Positions 33,407 to 46,919 of a stretch of DNA of 64,000 bases are shown in pieces. The notes under the pieces are model-generated. The model searched no databases. It saw only the letters and a program-made list of their open reading frames with translations, and had not been told where the DNA came from. The DNA lies in contig JAUFOQ010000005.1 of NCBI GenBank assembly GCA_040285855.1, positions 2,480,001 through 2,544,000 of the forward strand. Reading direction: 5' to 3'. This DNA comes from Eukaryota sp. GEM-RC1. Taxonomy: Eukaryota. Numbering within the stretch: the first letter of the stretch is position 1; every line of letters begins with the position of its first letter. The position numbers and the translations under genes were made by a program.

Positions 33407-35753
33407 AAAAAACGGGTTTATGATCAGTCAGTGAAATAGATGCATTTGCAGAAGTTAATAACTAACAGACACTAACTAAAGTATCTAAACTACGATCCTT
33501 CTGTCCATCACCGAACAACATACCTAAAATTGAATTAAAATATCTGTGCATTGAACGAAACAACGCAAACGTTAACCTACTCAACCAAAAATTTTCATTG
33601 AAAACTTTACCATACTCAGCACACAATTTACCAAAGGAAGTTAAAAAACCTTGTGCAGCTGGTCCAATATTACCGTATATCGACATCGCAAAAGGTTGAA
33701 ACACAAAAGAATTGTACCTGTCAACATTCAATTGGTTAATTAAGTGACAGTACTTTGTATTTTTTCCTTTTTCAGCCACTTCAAGAGCAGAAAAATCATC
33801 ATTAAAAATTTTGGAAATTGATCTTGAACTACAAGGATCAACAATCGACAATCGTGAAAACCATGATAATTTCCTGACAAGCTAACCAAGGACCAATCAA
33901 ATCACCACGACTTCTATCAACTTTTGGCTGATCAGAAAGATTAGTAAGTAAAGGTTCAATTTTTCCATGAAAACCATTAGCCTTAAACATATCCAAACAT
34001 GTATCCCGGATACTGTTGTGAATAATTGATCGAAAATGAATAAATTGATGACAGTTAACTAAATGATGAAAATTTGAAGCCTATGAACGACCACAAAGAC
34101 AAGGAGAATGCTTCAAAAGACCGGAAGGCCATAAACCTAACCTAAGTCTCATGTTTATAAGCCATTCATGATCCTTAAGATTAAAACAAAATTTTCTTGG
34201 CAAACGAGAAACAAATGAAGACGCAGCGCTTGAAGAAATATCATTCAAAAATGCACAAAAAGCGAGACTTTTAGTCTTAGCCAAGCTAATACGGTTTTTG
34301 AAGTCCAAGCTTTCGTGAAACAAAACAAACTTCTTCTGTAACTTGTGAACACAGAAAGGCAAAGAGAAAATGCTTCTCTGCTGAATTTCTGTTACCCCAA
34401 CAGGAAAACTCTGACCACAAATTGGAGTCAAGACTATCAATTAATTTTTGAAGACTAATTAACCATGCACAAGGTGAGTGAAGTAAAAAATCTTTCGTTT
34501 TAGGATAACGATTCTGAAATTCAAACAAAAAATTCTGTAGAGACCCCAAAAAGGCACCATCACGCATGTTCTTAGCTTTCGTGAAACCAATACCACCAAA
34601 AGAAGTAGAAGTGAAACAATGAGAAGGAAGTGAAGAGTCTTTGTTACCAACCAGATAACTAACAAAATTTGTGCGCAATGAATTAAAATTACGAGATAAT
34701 TCGAGAGTTAGTTTAGGCGGTAAACCACGTAAAAAGTGATTAATTTTACCACCAAAACAAACTTGCAGCATAGCAAAAGAAACTTGTTTGCCTACATCCA
34801 GATCAACGATTTGGTTAAGCTGCTGAAAGATACAATTATTCTTATGTGATAAAGTCTCCTTAATTTTGTCATCATTACCAATATAATTGCCCAAAAACTT
34901 GACACATTCATCTGAATAATTGACAAACGGAATGGAAGATTCCCCAAAATTCAAATCAACTGAAGAACGTTTAATGACAAGACATTTTTGAAAGTTAAAT
35001 GACAAACCAATACTTGAAGACAATTCAACAAAACGAGGAAAACTCGATTTAATGACTTCCAAAGGGCCAACCAAAGAGGTATCATCAGCATACGAGTTCA
35101 ACCTTAATCCTGGGAATTCGCTTGAGAATTTACGAAGAATTCTTTGCAACGGCAAACAGAAAAGAAAAAGGGCCCAAAGGATCACCTTGTTTCACACCAC
35201 GAGTGGATGAAATTGTATGTTCGTGAAAAATTAATGAAGATGAATGACCATACATAATTTCAAAATAGGACAGTAATTCAGGAAAATGATCTAACAGTTC
35301 CAAGTAGACCTGTGACCGATAAACACGATTGAACGCATTTTTGTAATCAACGTTCAATACATAATTTTGTCCATTTGAATTTAAAAAAATGTCAGTCATC
35401 AAACTAGCACTTATTGTACCATCTACAATTCCAATGCAAAACTGAAAAGGTCTGAAATATTCCACAGCCTTCCTTTTCACCCTATCAAAACAAATAGAAG
35501 AAAATAATCTACTCACACATTCGCCAATTGCAATTGGTCGAACACCATTACACGGTTTAGATACAGCTACTAAACCACTATTTTTCAACGCAAGAGGAAA
35601 TTTGTGTGGTTGTGAACAAATCAAATTGAAAAAGTATGCGAGGTCTTCAGCAACCTCAGGAGCATGTGTAACAGCAATTTTGAGATGGTCAAAGCTAAGA
35701 CCCGATGGTCCAGCTGCTTTACCACTTTTAGCATTAGAAATGGCTTTCATAAT
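33407..35753 (-). mobile_element. CRE-like non-LTR retrotransposon, copy B (5'-truncated, 3' end intact), 10-bp TSD
   Basis: Same RT/RLE motifs; flanked by TCAGAGATAT at 33397-33406 and 35754-35763. Confidence 0.9.
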
Positions 35754-36100
35754 TCAGAGATATTGATAAGATCTGAATGTAGTCAGCTCAAATGTACTCA
35801 GTTCAAGCAACAATACGGTCAGCAACATCTTGATTTAATAGTTGACAAGAACATGTTCCCTCCATTGCAAGTGTCGCATAAACCATAACTAAACCGATCA
35901 CAATATCTGTACAAATTGGAGCTTGGTGTTGATGTCTAGAATCAAAAATTAATTTGAGCAATGAATCTGGTCTGTAGAATAGCTGAAGTGAGACTGACTA
36001 TTGAATTTGAATACAATCAAAATTACTCAGAGATATTGATAAGATCTGAATGTAGTCAGCTCAAATGTACTCAGTTCAAGCAACAATACGGTCAGCAACA
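35754..36100. repeat. 273-bp tandem repeat (one unit plus a partial unit)
   Basis: TCAGAGATAT at 35754 and 36027; same unit as 32852-33406. Confidence 0.95.
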
Positions 36101-37790
36101 TAAGTGTAGGTGTTACAGATTGCCCACATTGGCATTTCAAATTATGTGGAAGCTTATCAGGCCAAATATATGACCGTAAACGCATGTTTAATGACCAAGA
36201 GTTATCATCAAGAAGAAGACCGTAAACTTGAGGGATTTGAGTAATCAGACATGAAACAGAGCTATTAGAAACATCCGTTAAGAAATTTGCAAAAGCGGGA
36301 TTTTTTTCCTTGACCATGCCAAGTCTAACATTATAATCCAAGCTTTCAAATATATTTGTGAGTTTCTGTTGTAATTTTTTCAGACAGAACTGAAGATTAG
36401 TCAAAGATCTTTCAGGTATTTCAGACACAGATTCTGGGAAACACTGAGACCAAACGTCAAATGGTAATTTGATTAACGCTTCGTTTAAGTCAAATAAATA
36501 TGTACATGAATTGGGGTTAATAAGGGAAACATCATTAGGAAATCGATTAACAAATTCAAAGATAAAAATTTTTCCACCGCCTAAAAAAAGCAGATTTGCA
36601 AAGAATTGAAGATTTGGTAAAACCAATACCACCAAAATGAGCAGAAGTAAACAAATGACTTCTAAGTAAGGTTGAATCAACTTCTAACAATGAAGCAAAA
36701 AAATTAATCCTCAACTCGTTAAATAATCTACAAAAGTTCAGAGCGATTGAAGGATCAGTAGATCTCAAAAAATTTATGATTTTTCCAGAGTAACAAATTT
36801 TAAAAATACAAAACTTGGTATGTTTTTCAATATCATATGAAGAAATTGTGTTGAGTTCTGAACTAATTGTTTCCAAACAATTAGATAATTCTTGAGATAT
36901 TTTAGGAACATTCCCAAGCCAACATCCTAGAAAACGAAAAGTGTCTTCAACATAATTGATAAATGGGATCTGAACTCCATTAATAAATAATTCTTGTGTA
37001 GATCTACCAATTAATAAACATTTGTCTGGGTTCAGAGATAAACCCAGTGTTTTATAAATATCAGCCACTTCCACAGCGACCTTTTTTTAACAATTCATGG
37101 GGACCAATAATAGAAATATCATCCATATAGCCAACTATCTTAAGGTCTGGACATTTTTTTAAAAGCGAATCATGAATAGCCAAACAAAAGAAAAGAGGAT
37201 CAAGAGGATCTCCTTGTTTAACACCAGACATAGATTTCAATGAATATGAATCATAAATTAAATCACTTGGTTTTCCATAAAATAAATAAAAGTAGGACGT
37301 CAACTCAGGAAAGTCTTTTTCAATGGCATCAAAAACAGATTTACGACTAACTGAATTAAGAGCATTTTTGAAATCAAGATTAAAAATGAAATTATCATCA
37401 TGTGAATTGAAAAACAAATCTGATGTTAAGGCAGCAACAGAAGCCCCGTCAATTGTCTTAATTCCAAATTGAAATGGAGACAAAAAGCGACCCGCTTTAT
37501 CGACCACTCGATTAAACACTATTGCTGCGAATAAACGAGAAATTGATTCTCCAACTGCAATTGGACGGATTCCATCAGGCTTAATTCCGTTACCTGGTTT
37601 TACTTAAGCAATAAGTCGAGCAGCAGTCAATTCAATTGGAGGAATCACTTTCAAACAAACCATCTGTTGAAAGTAATCAGCAAGATCTTTAGAAATTTCT
37701 GGAGCTGCCTTGCAAGCAGCTTTCAACAAATCAAATGAAATGCCTGAAGGTCCAGCTGCTCCTGAACCATGGACAGTATTTTCAAATTGC
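36101..37790 (-). mobile_element. CRE-like non-LTR retrotransposon, second family, decayed and 3'-truncated
   Basis: GAAGPSG, IRPIAVGE, LDFKNA, GVKQGDPL, YMDD, GGIG; ends within the zinc knuckle (CQCG). Confidence 0.85.
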
Positions 37791-40699
37791 TGATTCACCA
37801 ACAATTACATTAATGTGCTCTTTCTGGTCTTACAACCCTATACTAAATGTAACTTACAGTGTCCTTAATCTGAAACTCTTGTCTCTTAAAGTTACAACGC
37901 AATATCGGAACAGTTTTTGCGATCGAACTCTTTCATCAGTCTCTCCTTTCTGGTTGTTCCCAAAGAAGTCTCATCAACATCTCTATTCTTCGTTGTAGTC
38001 ATCATGTATTCCTCTTTCCTAAGGTTTTCTCTCTTCACCAGAATGCATTGATGTGTCTGGTATTGTCTTATCGCTTCAATGGTTCCTAATTGTCATCACA
38101 AAACCATCACCAGGAAGATCAGATCTAATTCGAATTGAGAGTTAGGACGTCTTAGTGTCCGTACTAAGTAGTCTCTGATCTCCTTGAAAGAAGTCTTCCT
38201 CCGGCTTGAATTAAAACTACGTTTCACTGCAGGAAGGGAAACCTCACCCCAACAAATGCTAGAGTTTGGTCTTAAAAAATCATTTTTTAACTGTACTTTG
38301 AACTGATAGATAGTTTGTACTTATGTAGATTTTCGAGTAACTACACTAACCAAATGTCGATGTACCAACTAATGAGTTGGTTGAGTTTGATAGTTTTCTG
38401 TTGTTCAGATTGTATGGGAATATTACAGAACCAATTGCCTTTATTGAATGTGAGATAGACAATACAACAAGTGAAGAGTAAGCAGAACTTAAGAATGACA
38501 TATATGATGTCAACGATGTGCATATCAAAATCAGCAGAATCACACACTGCGACTGTAAGAAAGAGAAAGTATTACATCTCACCAAGACAATTTGCATCCA
38601 CCAAATGAAAAGATAATGAAAGCTCTGAACTTCTTAAGAGGAGACGTTGATAGCAACAATGTGCGATCGAAAGAAACAAAACGTTCCAGGAAGTAGAACG
38701 ATCGGGGAAGACATCTGAGGGTTGATGTTAATACACCTATTCTGCTCTAAGTTAAAAAGAATGGCTTCTTTAAGAACAGTTGCAGTTGTTATTGAGAAAG
38801 TAAGGAATAAAAGTTGAAAGTGTGTCAGTTTGTCAGATGAATTAATCCTTTTTACACTCCAAAAAACATTTAGTCTCACTGCAGAATTAATCTCACTGAG
38901 ACTAATTTTGTCTTTCCCTTTTTGAAAAGTGTTCCAGTGAGACTATATTTGTCCTACAATTTCCAAATACAACAATTTTTTTTTAAATTAAGCTGTTGTT
39001 TACAGTCCATAGACGTACAGTACTAACAACAAACAACTGGATTGAATTACCTCTGCACGTGTAAATTGTATACAATTGAATCTAGATCTCGTATTATTCT
39101 ATTCTATTATTATTCTATTATTAGGGATCAGGAATACACTATGTCAGTAACATTGACTTTCAACACAATTCGAAAGTCTTTTAAACGAGTTCAAATTCAT
39201 GTTCTAACTGTTGTTCATCAAGTAAAATGTGTGGTATCGTAAGTTGAGGGTGACTGATTGATGGGACCTAGATGAAGGAATTGCAACAACATTCGCAAGT
39301 CTACATTTATAAGCATCTTTCCCTTTCCTTTGTACTGAAGATATCAGAATACATCATTTTTCCTGATGAATTTTCATCTCAAGGAGATGAACTTTTTGGG
39401 GAGCGATGCTTCTCCTAGTAGTGCATCCACTTCCTCGTGGTTGATATCGGAGAAAGAATCGTGTTTCATCGAAACAAGTCCCAATCGACACAAGGCTGGT
39501 CATTCTGTCTCGTGAGGCAAATCACTTGGCGTAACGATCGTGTCGTCTACCCTCACTTCTTCTTATCATTCCCTTTTCTTCTTCCTTTCCGATCTTTCTT
39601 GTCTCGTCTTTTGTTATCCGCCGTCACCATTGATATATAACAACATTCCTCTTCTAGTTTGTGATCTAGATGATGCGTTTTCTCATTTAGATTAATCTCG
39701 CGTGATTCTTCTAACTACCTTTACAAAAGCCTACTGGTTGTACCATCTGTTTTTCAATTGACTTCTCTTGACTATTTTGGAATCTTGACTAACTTCTCTA
39801 ACCCAAGTGAGACAATTTCTAGAGTCTCGGGTGTTGATTTTCATCAAATCTGATTGATTCTCTGAATCATTACTGATGACGTGATTTTGTCTCTTTAAGC
39901 AAAAGTTTCTAAGTTGATCCATTTAAGTTTAATGTTTTGTTCATATCGTGTTACTTGAAAGTGTTGTTCTATTTTGTATTTTTCTACACAATTATTTCCG
40001 TTTTTGAATTGTTTGTGTTTTATATTTCTTTTGATGATGAAAGTAATTTTCTTTATTTGTTCATTTTTTCAAAAGTTAAGTTACTTTTTGGGTTATTATT
40101 AAAGTACCTACGAATCTTTAGAAGATTGTTCGTCAATGCAACATATAGTCTACCCTCTCATTATGTCCACCTCTCACTAAAGTCAAATTTCAGGACTTAA
40201 TGGGAACCTTTTGCTTCTGAGTGAACAGTACTACATGGGATTTTATAATGAATACAAAACAAGCTAAGACTTCTGTGCCAGACCACCCACGGGTTTCAAT
40301 CTGTACTTAGAGAGGAGTTCTTTAAGAGATGAGAAAAGGTCTTCGATATCCAAGAGGGAGGATTCATGAGAAAAGGTGGATACATTGCCATACATCCAAA
40401 GAGACAAAGTCTCCAAAGTACGTTGAATCTGTGAAGACCTTGAAGAGGAGAAGGACACAAAGGCGTCTTCTGGCGCTTGATGCAAGATAAGACTACAGAC
40501 ATCACTGAAGGCAGGATTTGAAAGCAGAAATCTTTTATGGGAAACACAAACTAAATACAAACTGCTGCAACTGGTCAAAGTGTTGAAAAACATCCTCAGG
40601 AGAAAGACCTCGAGAAACATCGTTTCCTCCATCAACATAACCGAGAGACATTCCATTATCCACCATAACATGATCTAAGGTCACATCGTTCTCTATCAT

Positions 40700-41275
40700 C
40701 TCTTGTATGATCTCTTCCTCCACTAAGTCCTCTTCAAATTCAAACAACTTGACGCTCCCTTTCTCTCGTTCAAAAGAAAGTGATCTCGTCGAATGCTGTG
40801 TGTGATTCCAGCAGTTCTGAATGACACTGTTCTCTACCTGTTTCCATGCAAAACTTACTAACTTAACGGTTTTCAATGTACTGAATTGTTTCATGTCGAA
40901 TTTCTCTCAATCTATTACTTGATCTAACCAGAATTCTGCCATAATGCTTTAAGTGCTACTACACACCTCTGTGGAGTAGCACTTACAGCTGCGGAATACA
41001 CCTTGGTCTAGCGGCTGTAGTAATTGGGGGTAGTACTCACTAAACAGTGTCCGAGTCATGTAACCTTTAAACAATTAATACGACATATGTTTATTACACC
41101 TTTCAGTGTAATGATAGTGTAAAGGTTCTTCAGAGAAACGGAGGTAGGCAGGAGAAAAAGTCGGGCAGCTGAAATTTGACCTTAATGAGAGGGTAGACTG
41201 TATATGATGTGCGCACAATTTTATTAATTCCAATTTTTCAGTAAAAGTTGTATTCTTCTTTCTTTTGATGTCCAA
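40700..41275 (-). mobile_element. pogo/Tigger (CENP-B-like) transposase relic
   Basis: KRKKNTTFTEKLELI (HTH), LQPLDQGVFRSCK at about 41020-40985, AWKQV..IQNCW. Confidence 0.7.
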
Positions 41276-42186
41276 TTTATTTTACTAATTTTAATTTTAA
41301 TAATGTACTGTCCATCAATGATTGATTTAAGAATCGGAATGAGTTACATAAAACACTCCCTCAGAATCTTCTTCAATAATACAGCAAGATCTTTTGGAGT
41401 AGTCACTCTATTAACTCTCAGTTGATGGTTAGTTGGAGCTTCGAATAAAATCAGACAATCATGGAGGATTAGACATTAGAAGTGGTCAGTCTTCAGAGGT
41501 AAAATTTGAAATATTTAAGATTTGAAATAGCAGTCAAACCATTGTGATGTTTCAAAATGAAGGCAAAAAACAGTGCATTAAAGGGATGAATTTCCATCCT
41601 ATTATACACGTGTGAAATAGCTTAGGCTCTGACTTGATTGGAGCTAGCACGGGAGTATTCAATTCAGTTAATTCAGAATTAGGTTTCACAGCAACATAAA
41701 AGAGGAAGAAGCATATACTCTTTTAAAGGCAGAGAATGAACTTTTGAATGAAGACTTCTTTTGAAGAAGAACGACGAGTTTGAAGCATTTTGAGTAGAAG
41801 ATAGGGATAGAACAAAATGAAGTGAAATGTCGAATTATTGATGATCTATTGAGAAAACCTCGTAACGATAACGCCATCTATTTACATACCAACTTTACCG
41901 AGGAGCTTGAGATTGAGAAATATTCAAGTGATTCTTCAGAAAAGGCAGTTGGAGGATTTTGAGCTAATTGAGATTCATCTGGATCATGATGATCACCATC
42001 TGTCTCAATGTCATCTTCGTCACGATCTCTAATGTCTTTTCTGATGATCTCGAGAAGTTATATATTGGTTTGGAATCAATTTTATCTGAGTTGAATGTTT
42101 TTCATTTTGACTTGTTAGTACTAGTGTATGAGTATCAAAATGACAAAATGAATGTTATGGATCTTGAACAGTTGTACTCACTTTTG

Positions 42187-42972
42187 CTATAATCTTGACA
42201 GAATTGACTAAAATCTTGACAACTTCTTACAACTCTCTCTTCCCATTTCTCACTTCAATTTGTCATCATTTATAGCATATCAAACAACTCAATTGTGTTA
42301 GATCTACACCACAGCGTTCTCTTAGATATCATATTGTTTGTGTCTTCCCTCTAGATATGATGGGACCATATGTAGATGTGTATTGTGAATATATTATCAT
42401 CATTATGCTTGAAGATAACTATTTGCTTGTCTCATCGAATGAATACTGTGTTAATTTGTATAAAGATCCTAACCTAATACATGATATTCAGTTGGTACTG
42501 CTGATTTTGTTGAGTACAATCACATTCAATTAAGATATAGCATAATCAAGAATACAACATTTTGACTAAGACAATGAGAATAAACAGAAAACAGAGTCCG
42601 ATGTCATTCCTTAAACAAGATACAATGATGCAGATGATTTCAGAAGAGGAAGTTGTTGAGCCCCTAACAGCTAAGATCATTTTCAAAAACCAACAATAGA
42701 CAAGCAGTTCACGAACAGTAGAAGTGTAGTGGATCTGCTATTTGTGAGTCACACATGTCATGGTTCTTGAAGAGAACCCATAAAGGAAAGTTCAGGATTC
42801 AGAGGACGATATGAAGACAGATGCAGATGAAATGGAAGTGAAGACATCATAAGGAAATATCCACTTCTGTCAAGATTCTAGCAAAAGAGAGAAGGTGTCA
42901 AGATTCTAGTCAGTTTTGTCAAGAGCACAGACAGTTTTGTCAAGATTTTAGTCATTTTTGTCAAGATTATAG
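42187..42972. mobile_element. MITE-like element with 36-bp terminal inverted repeats
   Basis: 42187-42222 versus 42937-42972 match at 34/36 as an inverted repeat; extra TGTCAAG subrepeats at 42868-42930. Confidence 0.6.
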
Positions 42973-43437
42973 TCAAACTCAGTTGGACTAGTACTAGTTG
43001 TAATATCACTGTAGTAGTGTTCACAGTGAATATTAGTTGTTGAATTAAATTTTGTGGTAATATGTGGTCGTTGGTGGATTTTGTTTTGCCAGTCCTTTGA
43101 TGTCACTTTGGTTTTAAATGTTATTGAACTCCAACTTTCTTGAAGATCCTCCAAAGATACAAACCGTCTGTGAGTCTACCGTGCAGAAAAACGATTACGG
43201 ATACAAACAAAGTGACTACTGCAAGAAACGTTAGCACTTGAAAATATATACAAATTTCATCCGTCCCAACGTCGAGTGAAATTGAAATTGTTATATATTG
43301 CAAGTATAACCATCGTTTAGAAGAGAAAACTAAATCACCTCCTATTCAAACCCCTTTGGATCTAAAGGATTTTTGACAAATCCAATTCTATCTTAGATGC
43401 TATGTATAATATCGGAAACACAAATATGATTACCCGC

Positions 43438-43566
43438 CTTATGGTCTTTAGGTCTTTTGAAGCATTCTCCATGTCTTTGTGGTCGTTCAAAGGCTTCAAA
43501 TTTTCATCATTTAGTTAACTGTCATCAATTTATTCCTTTTCGATCAATTATTCACAACAGTATCCG
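43438..43566 (+). mobile_element. Short inverted fragment of the copy A/B retrotransposon family
   Basis: Reverse complement of about 31095-31225 (zinc knuckle region). Confidence 0.85.
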
Positions 43567-45599
43567 AACAGATGCTAAAACCTTTTCAGATAACCTGCTA
43601 TTGAGAGAGAGCCCGTAGTCCGATACCAATAGTTCGAGCCAATTCTTTTTATTTAACTCGAGACATAATTCATGATGTGAAGATTCTTTACAAGGTTCCA
43701 TATATTGCTGTACACAAAGCCAATGAAATGTTATTGACGATTTCTCATAGTCCATGAGTAGTAAACCCAATTAATACGGGATGTAATAGGTTTGGAGCAG
43801 TGGCGAAAAGACCCAGTTAGTTGAGTCTCGTATCAGGAAACTTCCAAGAGTCAATAATAGGGTTTCTTTGCAATTGTTTTGCGATTTCACCTTGACAGTA
43901 CTGAACAAAGTATCATAACATGTGACAAAAGTGTTGTAACATATATATTTCAATGTTGACTATCTGCGTGTCGTTTGAGAATGAACGAAGTAGAAGGGCA
44001 ATTGATCACAGATTATCCATTCTAACCAAGAGAAATATTGTTGGACTTTAAGAGGAACCAAGGTCATCTCCTTGAAAACTTTGTGAAGGATTAGTTCCTT
44101 AATCTCAGTTTGTCAGTCATGAGACGCAAGATTGGTGTAACCGGTGTCTGGCTATCGCGTTTGATAGATTCCACAGCCGCACTTCCAGACCTCCACAGTC
44201 TCATGACTTTTTTTCTAAAAGTCTACTGCTTTCTATGACGCGCTTAGCTTCTTCTGGATTTCGGTCTAATCGGTCGAGGTAGGTCTTTGGCTTTTGTTCG
44301 GAAGTAAAAGGAGGCGTAGGGTAATTGTTGAGAACAAAAGTTCTCAGAGAAGACTTGAACAGTCAAGAAAATCCGTACTGAACAACAACAATCACGTCAG
44401 CAGTTTGAGATAATAGGCTTACATCAATCAATGTTGACACTTGACTTTGAAGCAAAGAGTTGCTCAGTTGGTGTCTTATCTAATATGATCATTCTGCAGA
44501 GAACTTTCTGTATAAACCAGCTATATAACCAGCACTGACGATTAGATACATCAACAAAATGATGTTGACAGTTGAACTACTTCTGATGACGTCAGCTTCA
44601 AAAAAGATTCCAAACTCTAGTATGTTGAACTACGAGTAGACCTCAATTGTTTGCGATCACCTCATCAAACAACTATAAATGTATTTGACGTTGGAGATCT
44701 TTTCTCTTTTTATCACTGTATCATAATCACTCAACAACAATTTTCAAAAATTAAACTAATAAACTATGAGTATTCGTGACATGAACGTTCAAGCAACTAT
44801 TGATATCATCTCAGATTGTGATTACGTGATGAAGTTTCTGATAGAAAAGACTACGGCAAAAGACGACATGACACACCCAAAAGGATGAGTGAATAGATAA
44901 ATTAGTTGGAGTTTTTTAGTTATTATTTTTGCAAAAACAATTAGCCCACTTTATTGATCATAAACTTCGATTCTTTTCTAATATTACCCGATATTTAAAA
45001 ACGATTGATTTGAAAATATGGCTGTTGAATATGACTCCACCCTAAGTAAATTCGGTAAACACATCTGTTTCAAATGTTGGTATATTCCAATGTAGACGTC
45101 CTCTCGAATTCTGTCACCAACAACATCGAAGTCCTCCTATCATCCTATCTCTGAAGATACTATCTGATCTCGAAAACCACCCAACTCCCAAACCCTTAAC
45201 TCTTCCTACTGAGTTCTCATTAGGGTCTCATTAGTTCAGTTTATAGAGCCGGTTGACCCTGTTGATGCGGATTTGCGACAAGTGAACTCAGACAACTTTG
45301 TCACAGATTTGAATAGCTCTGATAACCAAACTTCCAATGAATGAATTCTTACGTTTCTTCAAAGACTATAGTTCCCTTAAAATTAAAATTGAAATAAAGT
45401 CAAACATACTTTAATTAAACCAGGCGAAAACCAATTTGCAATAAACTACTTTGTATTGAGTCAGTTACTTAAAATTCAAGCTGCTTTAAAGAAAGTTTGA
45501 GAAGGTCTGTACAAAGTTTGGTATGATTTTTGGAAGGCCAAAGTTTGTACTACAACTGTGGCCTACAATACTAATGTAGGCCAAATCAATTAAATTTTG

Positions 45600-45965
45600 T
45601 TAAATGTTTTTGTAGATTAAGTCAGTTTTCGTAGAAAAAATATGGGTAGAACTCATGGGTAGAACTCACCTAAGGGAGTAATCAATCCTAGTCAAAGTGT
45701 TGGTTTGCATCAGGTCAGTTTGGTTGTTACAATTACTGCACAAGGTTATTTGTTCTCCCATATGAAGGAGGGACACTTTCCCGAATACAATTCATTAATT
45801 TTGTAGATGACCTAATTACAAAAGCATTTATTAGAACAGAAGGTGATCATCGATCAATTATTGTACTGGATGTATTTGTTAAGTTTAAATTACTATGGAG
45901 TTTCAATAGGGTGTGAATCAAGACGAAAGAGAAAAATGTAATATGCATTTGGAATGAAATTCACA
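45600..45965 (+). mobile_element. Internally deleted relic of a Tc1/IS630 element related to 61530-63879
   Basis: VFVD*VSFR and FINFVDDLI...IIVLD fragments; end TATGCATTTGGAATGAAATTCACAG matches the right TIR and is followed by TA. Confidence 0.7.
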
Positions 45966-46879
45966 GTAGACCTCAAAAAGCAGTATATCTGTGATTGTTG
46001 AGATAAACCGATCTTTTCCAAGGGCTTCACTAATATAAAATTTTAAAATTTAATGTCTCATTTTAAGGACTGAACTGACTTCCTAAACTGGAAGAAAAAT
46101 GTAGATTCTTCATTACATAGAAAAACATGACACACTTCTATGTCAAGGACAATGCAAGCACTTACTTCAAGTTTTCTTCGACTTGTCATCCTAAACAACG
46201 TTCCTTCAAAATATTACCGAATGTATAGCTGGATCTTCTTGACGAAAAACTGGCTTTCGATCATCATTTTTCCCCTTTGAGCAATCAACTTTCTTAACCT
46301 AGTTACATTCTGGCGTTTTAATTAAAAACACCAAAGTTTGAATGTGATGTTATCACGTGATTCTCAACACGGATGAATAGTTATAGGATAAAGAAGTTCT
46401 TTTTAAAGCATTGATTCTGAAACCTATTATAAAACAATAAGAAGTACATGTAGTTGAGTAATCGTTGTTATTTGTATTCATTGAGTAGCGATTCATCATC
46501 CTTTGTTTAGTAAATGTACGGAAAGATTATATTCAATGTACGGCATAATTTACAGGAACTCCAAAACAGAGGGCCGTATATTCTAAATTAAATCCTTGAT
46601 TCAAGCCTCGACAGCCATGTCCAAAAGTAGAAAGAGACAGACAATCAAATTAGATTTGTCCCTGTCGATTGCCTGTGATGTTTGGGTTGAGATTATTATG
46701 AGAAATGTAAATTTTCTTAATTTACTGTTGGATTTTGGGGCAAAACGAATAACGAAATTTCCTTTCATTATTTAAAATTGATACTTGAACTTATTTAAGT
46801 AGTTAGTTGATAAAACTAAGGGAACCCCGTTTCACCCCATTTTTCAACGTAAATACACCACCCCCATTTACTTCAATGT

Positions 46880-46919
46880 TGTTTGTACCTATCTTGGTTA
46901 GCCAAGATAGGTACAAACA
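46880..46919. repeat. Perfect 18-bp inverted repeat with a 4-nt loop
   Basis: TGTTTGTACCTATCTTGG-TTAG-CCAAGATAGGTACAAACA. Confidence 0.95.

Noticed and set aside
32852..36100. 273-bp repeat as a CRISPR array or coding repeat
   Set aside because: Units are near-identical along their whole length with no unique spacers. Although 273 is divisible by 3, the frames contain stops.
38272..38290. Viral-type motif on the minus strand in the host region
   Set aside because: No ATG at the 17-19 nt spacing; likely chance in AT-rich DNA.
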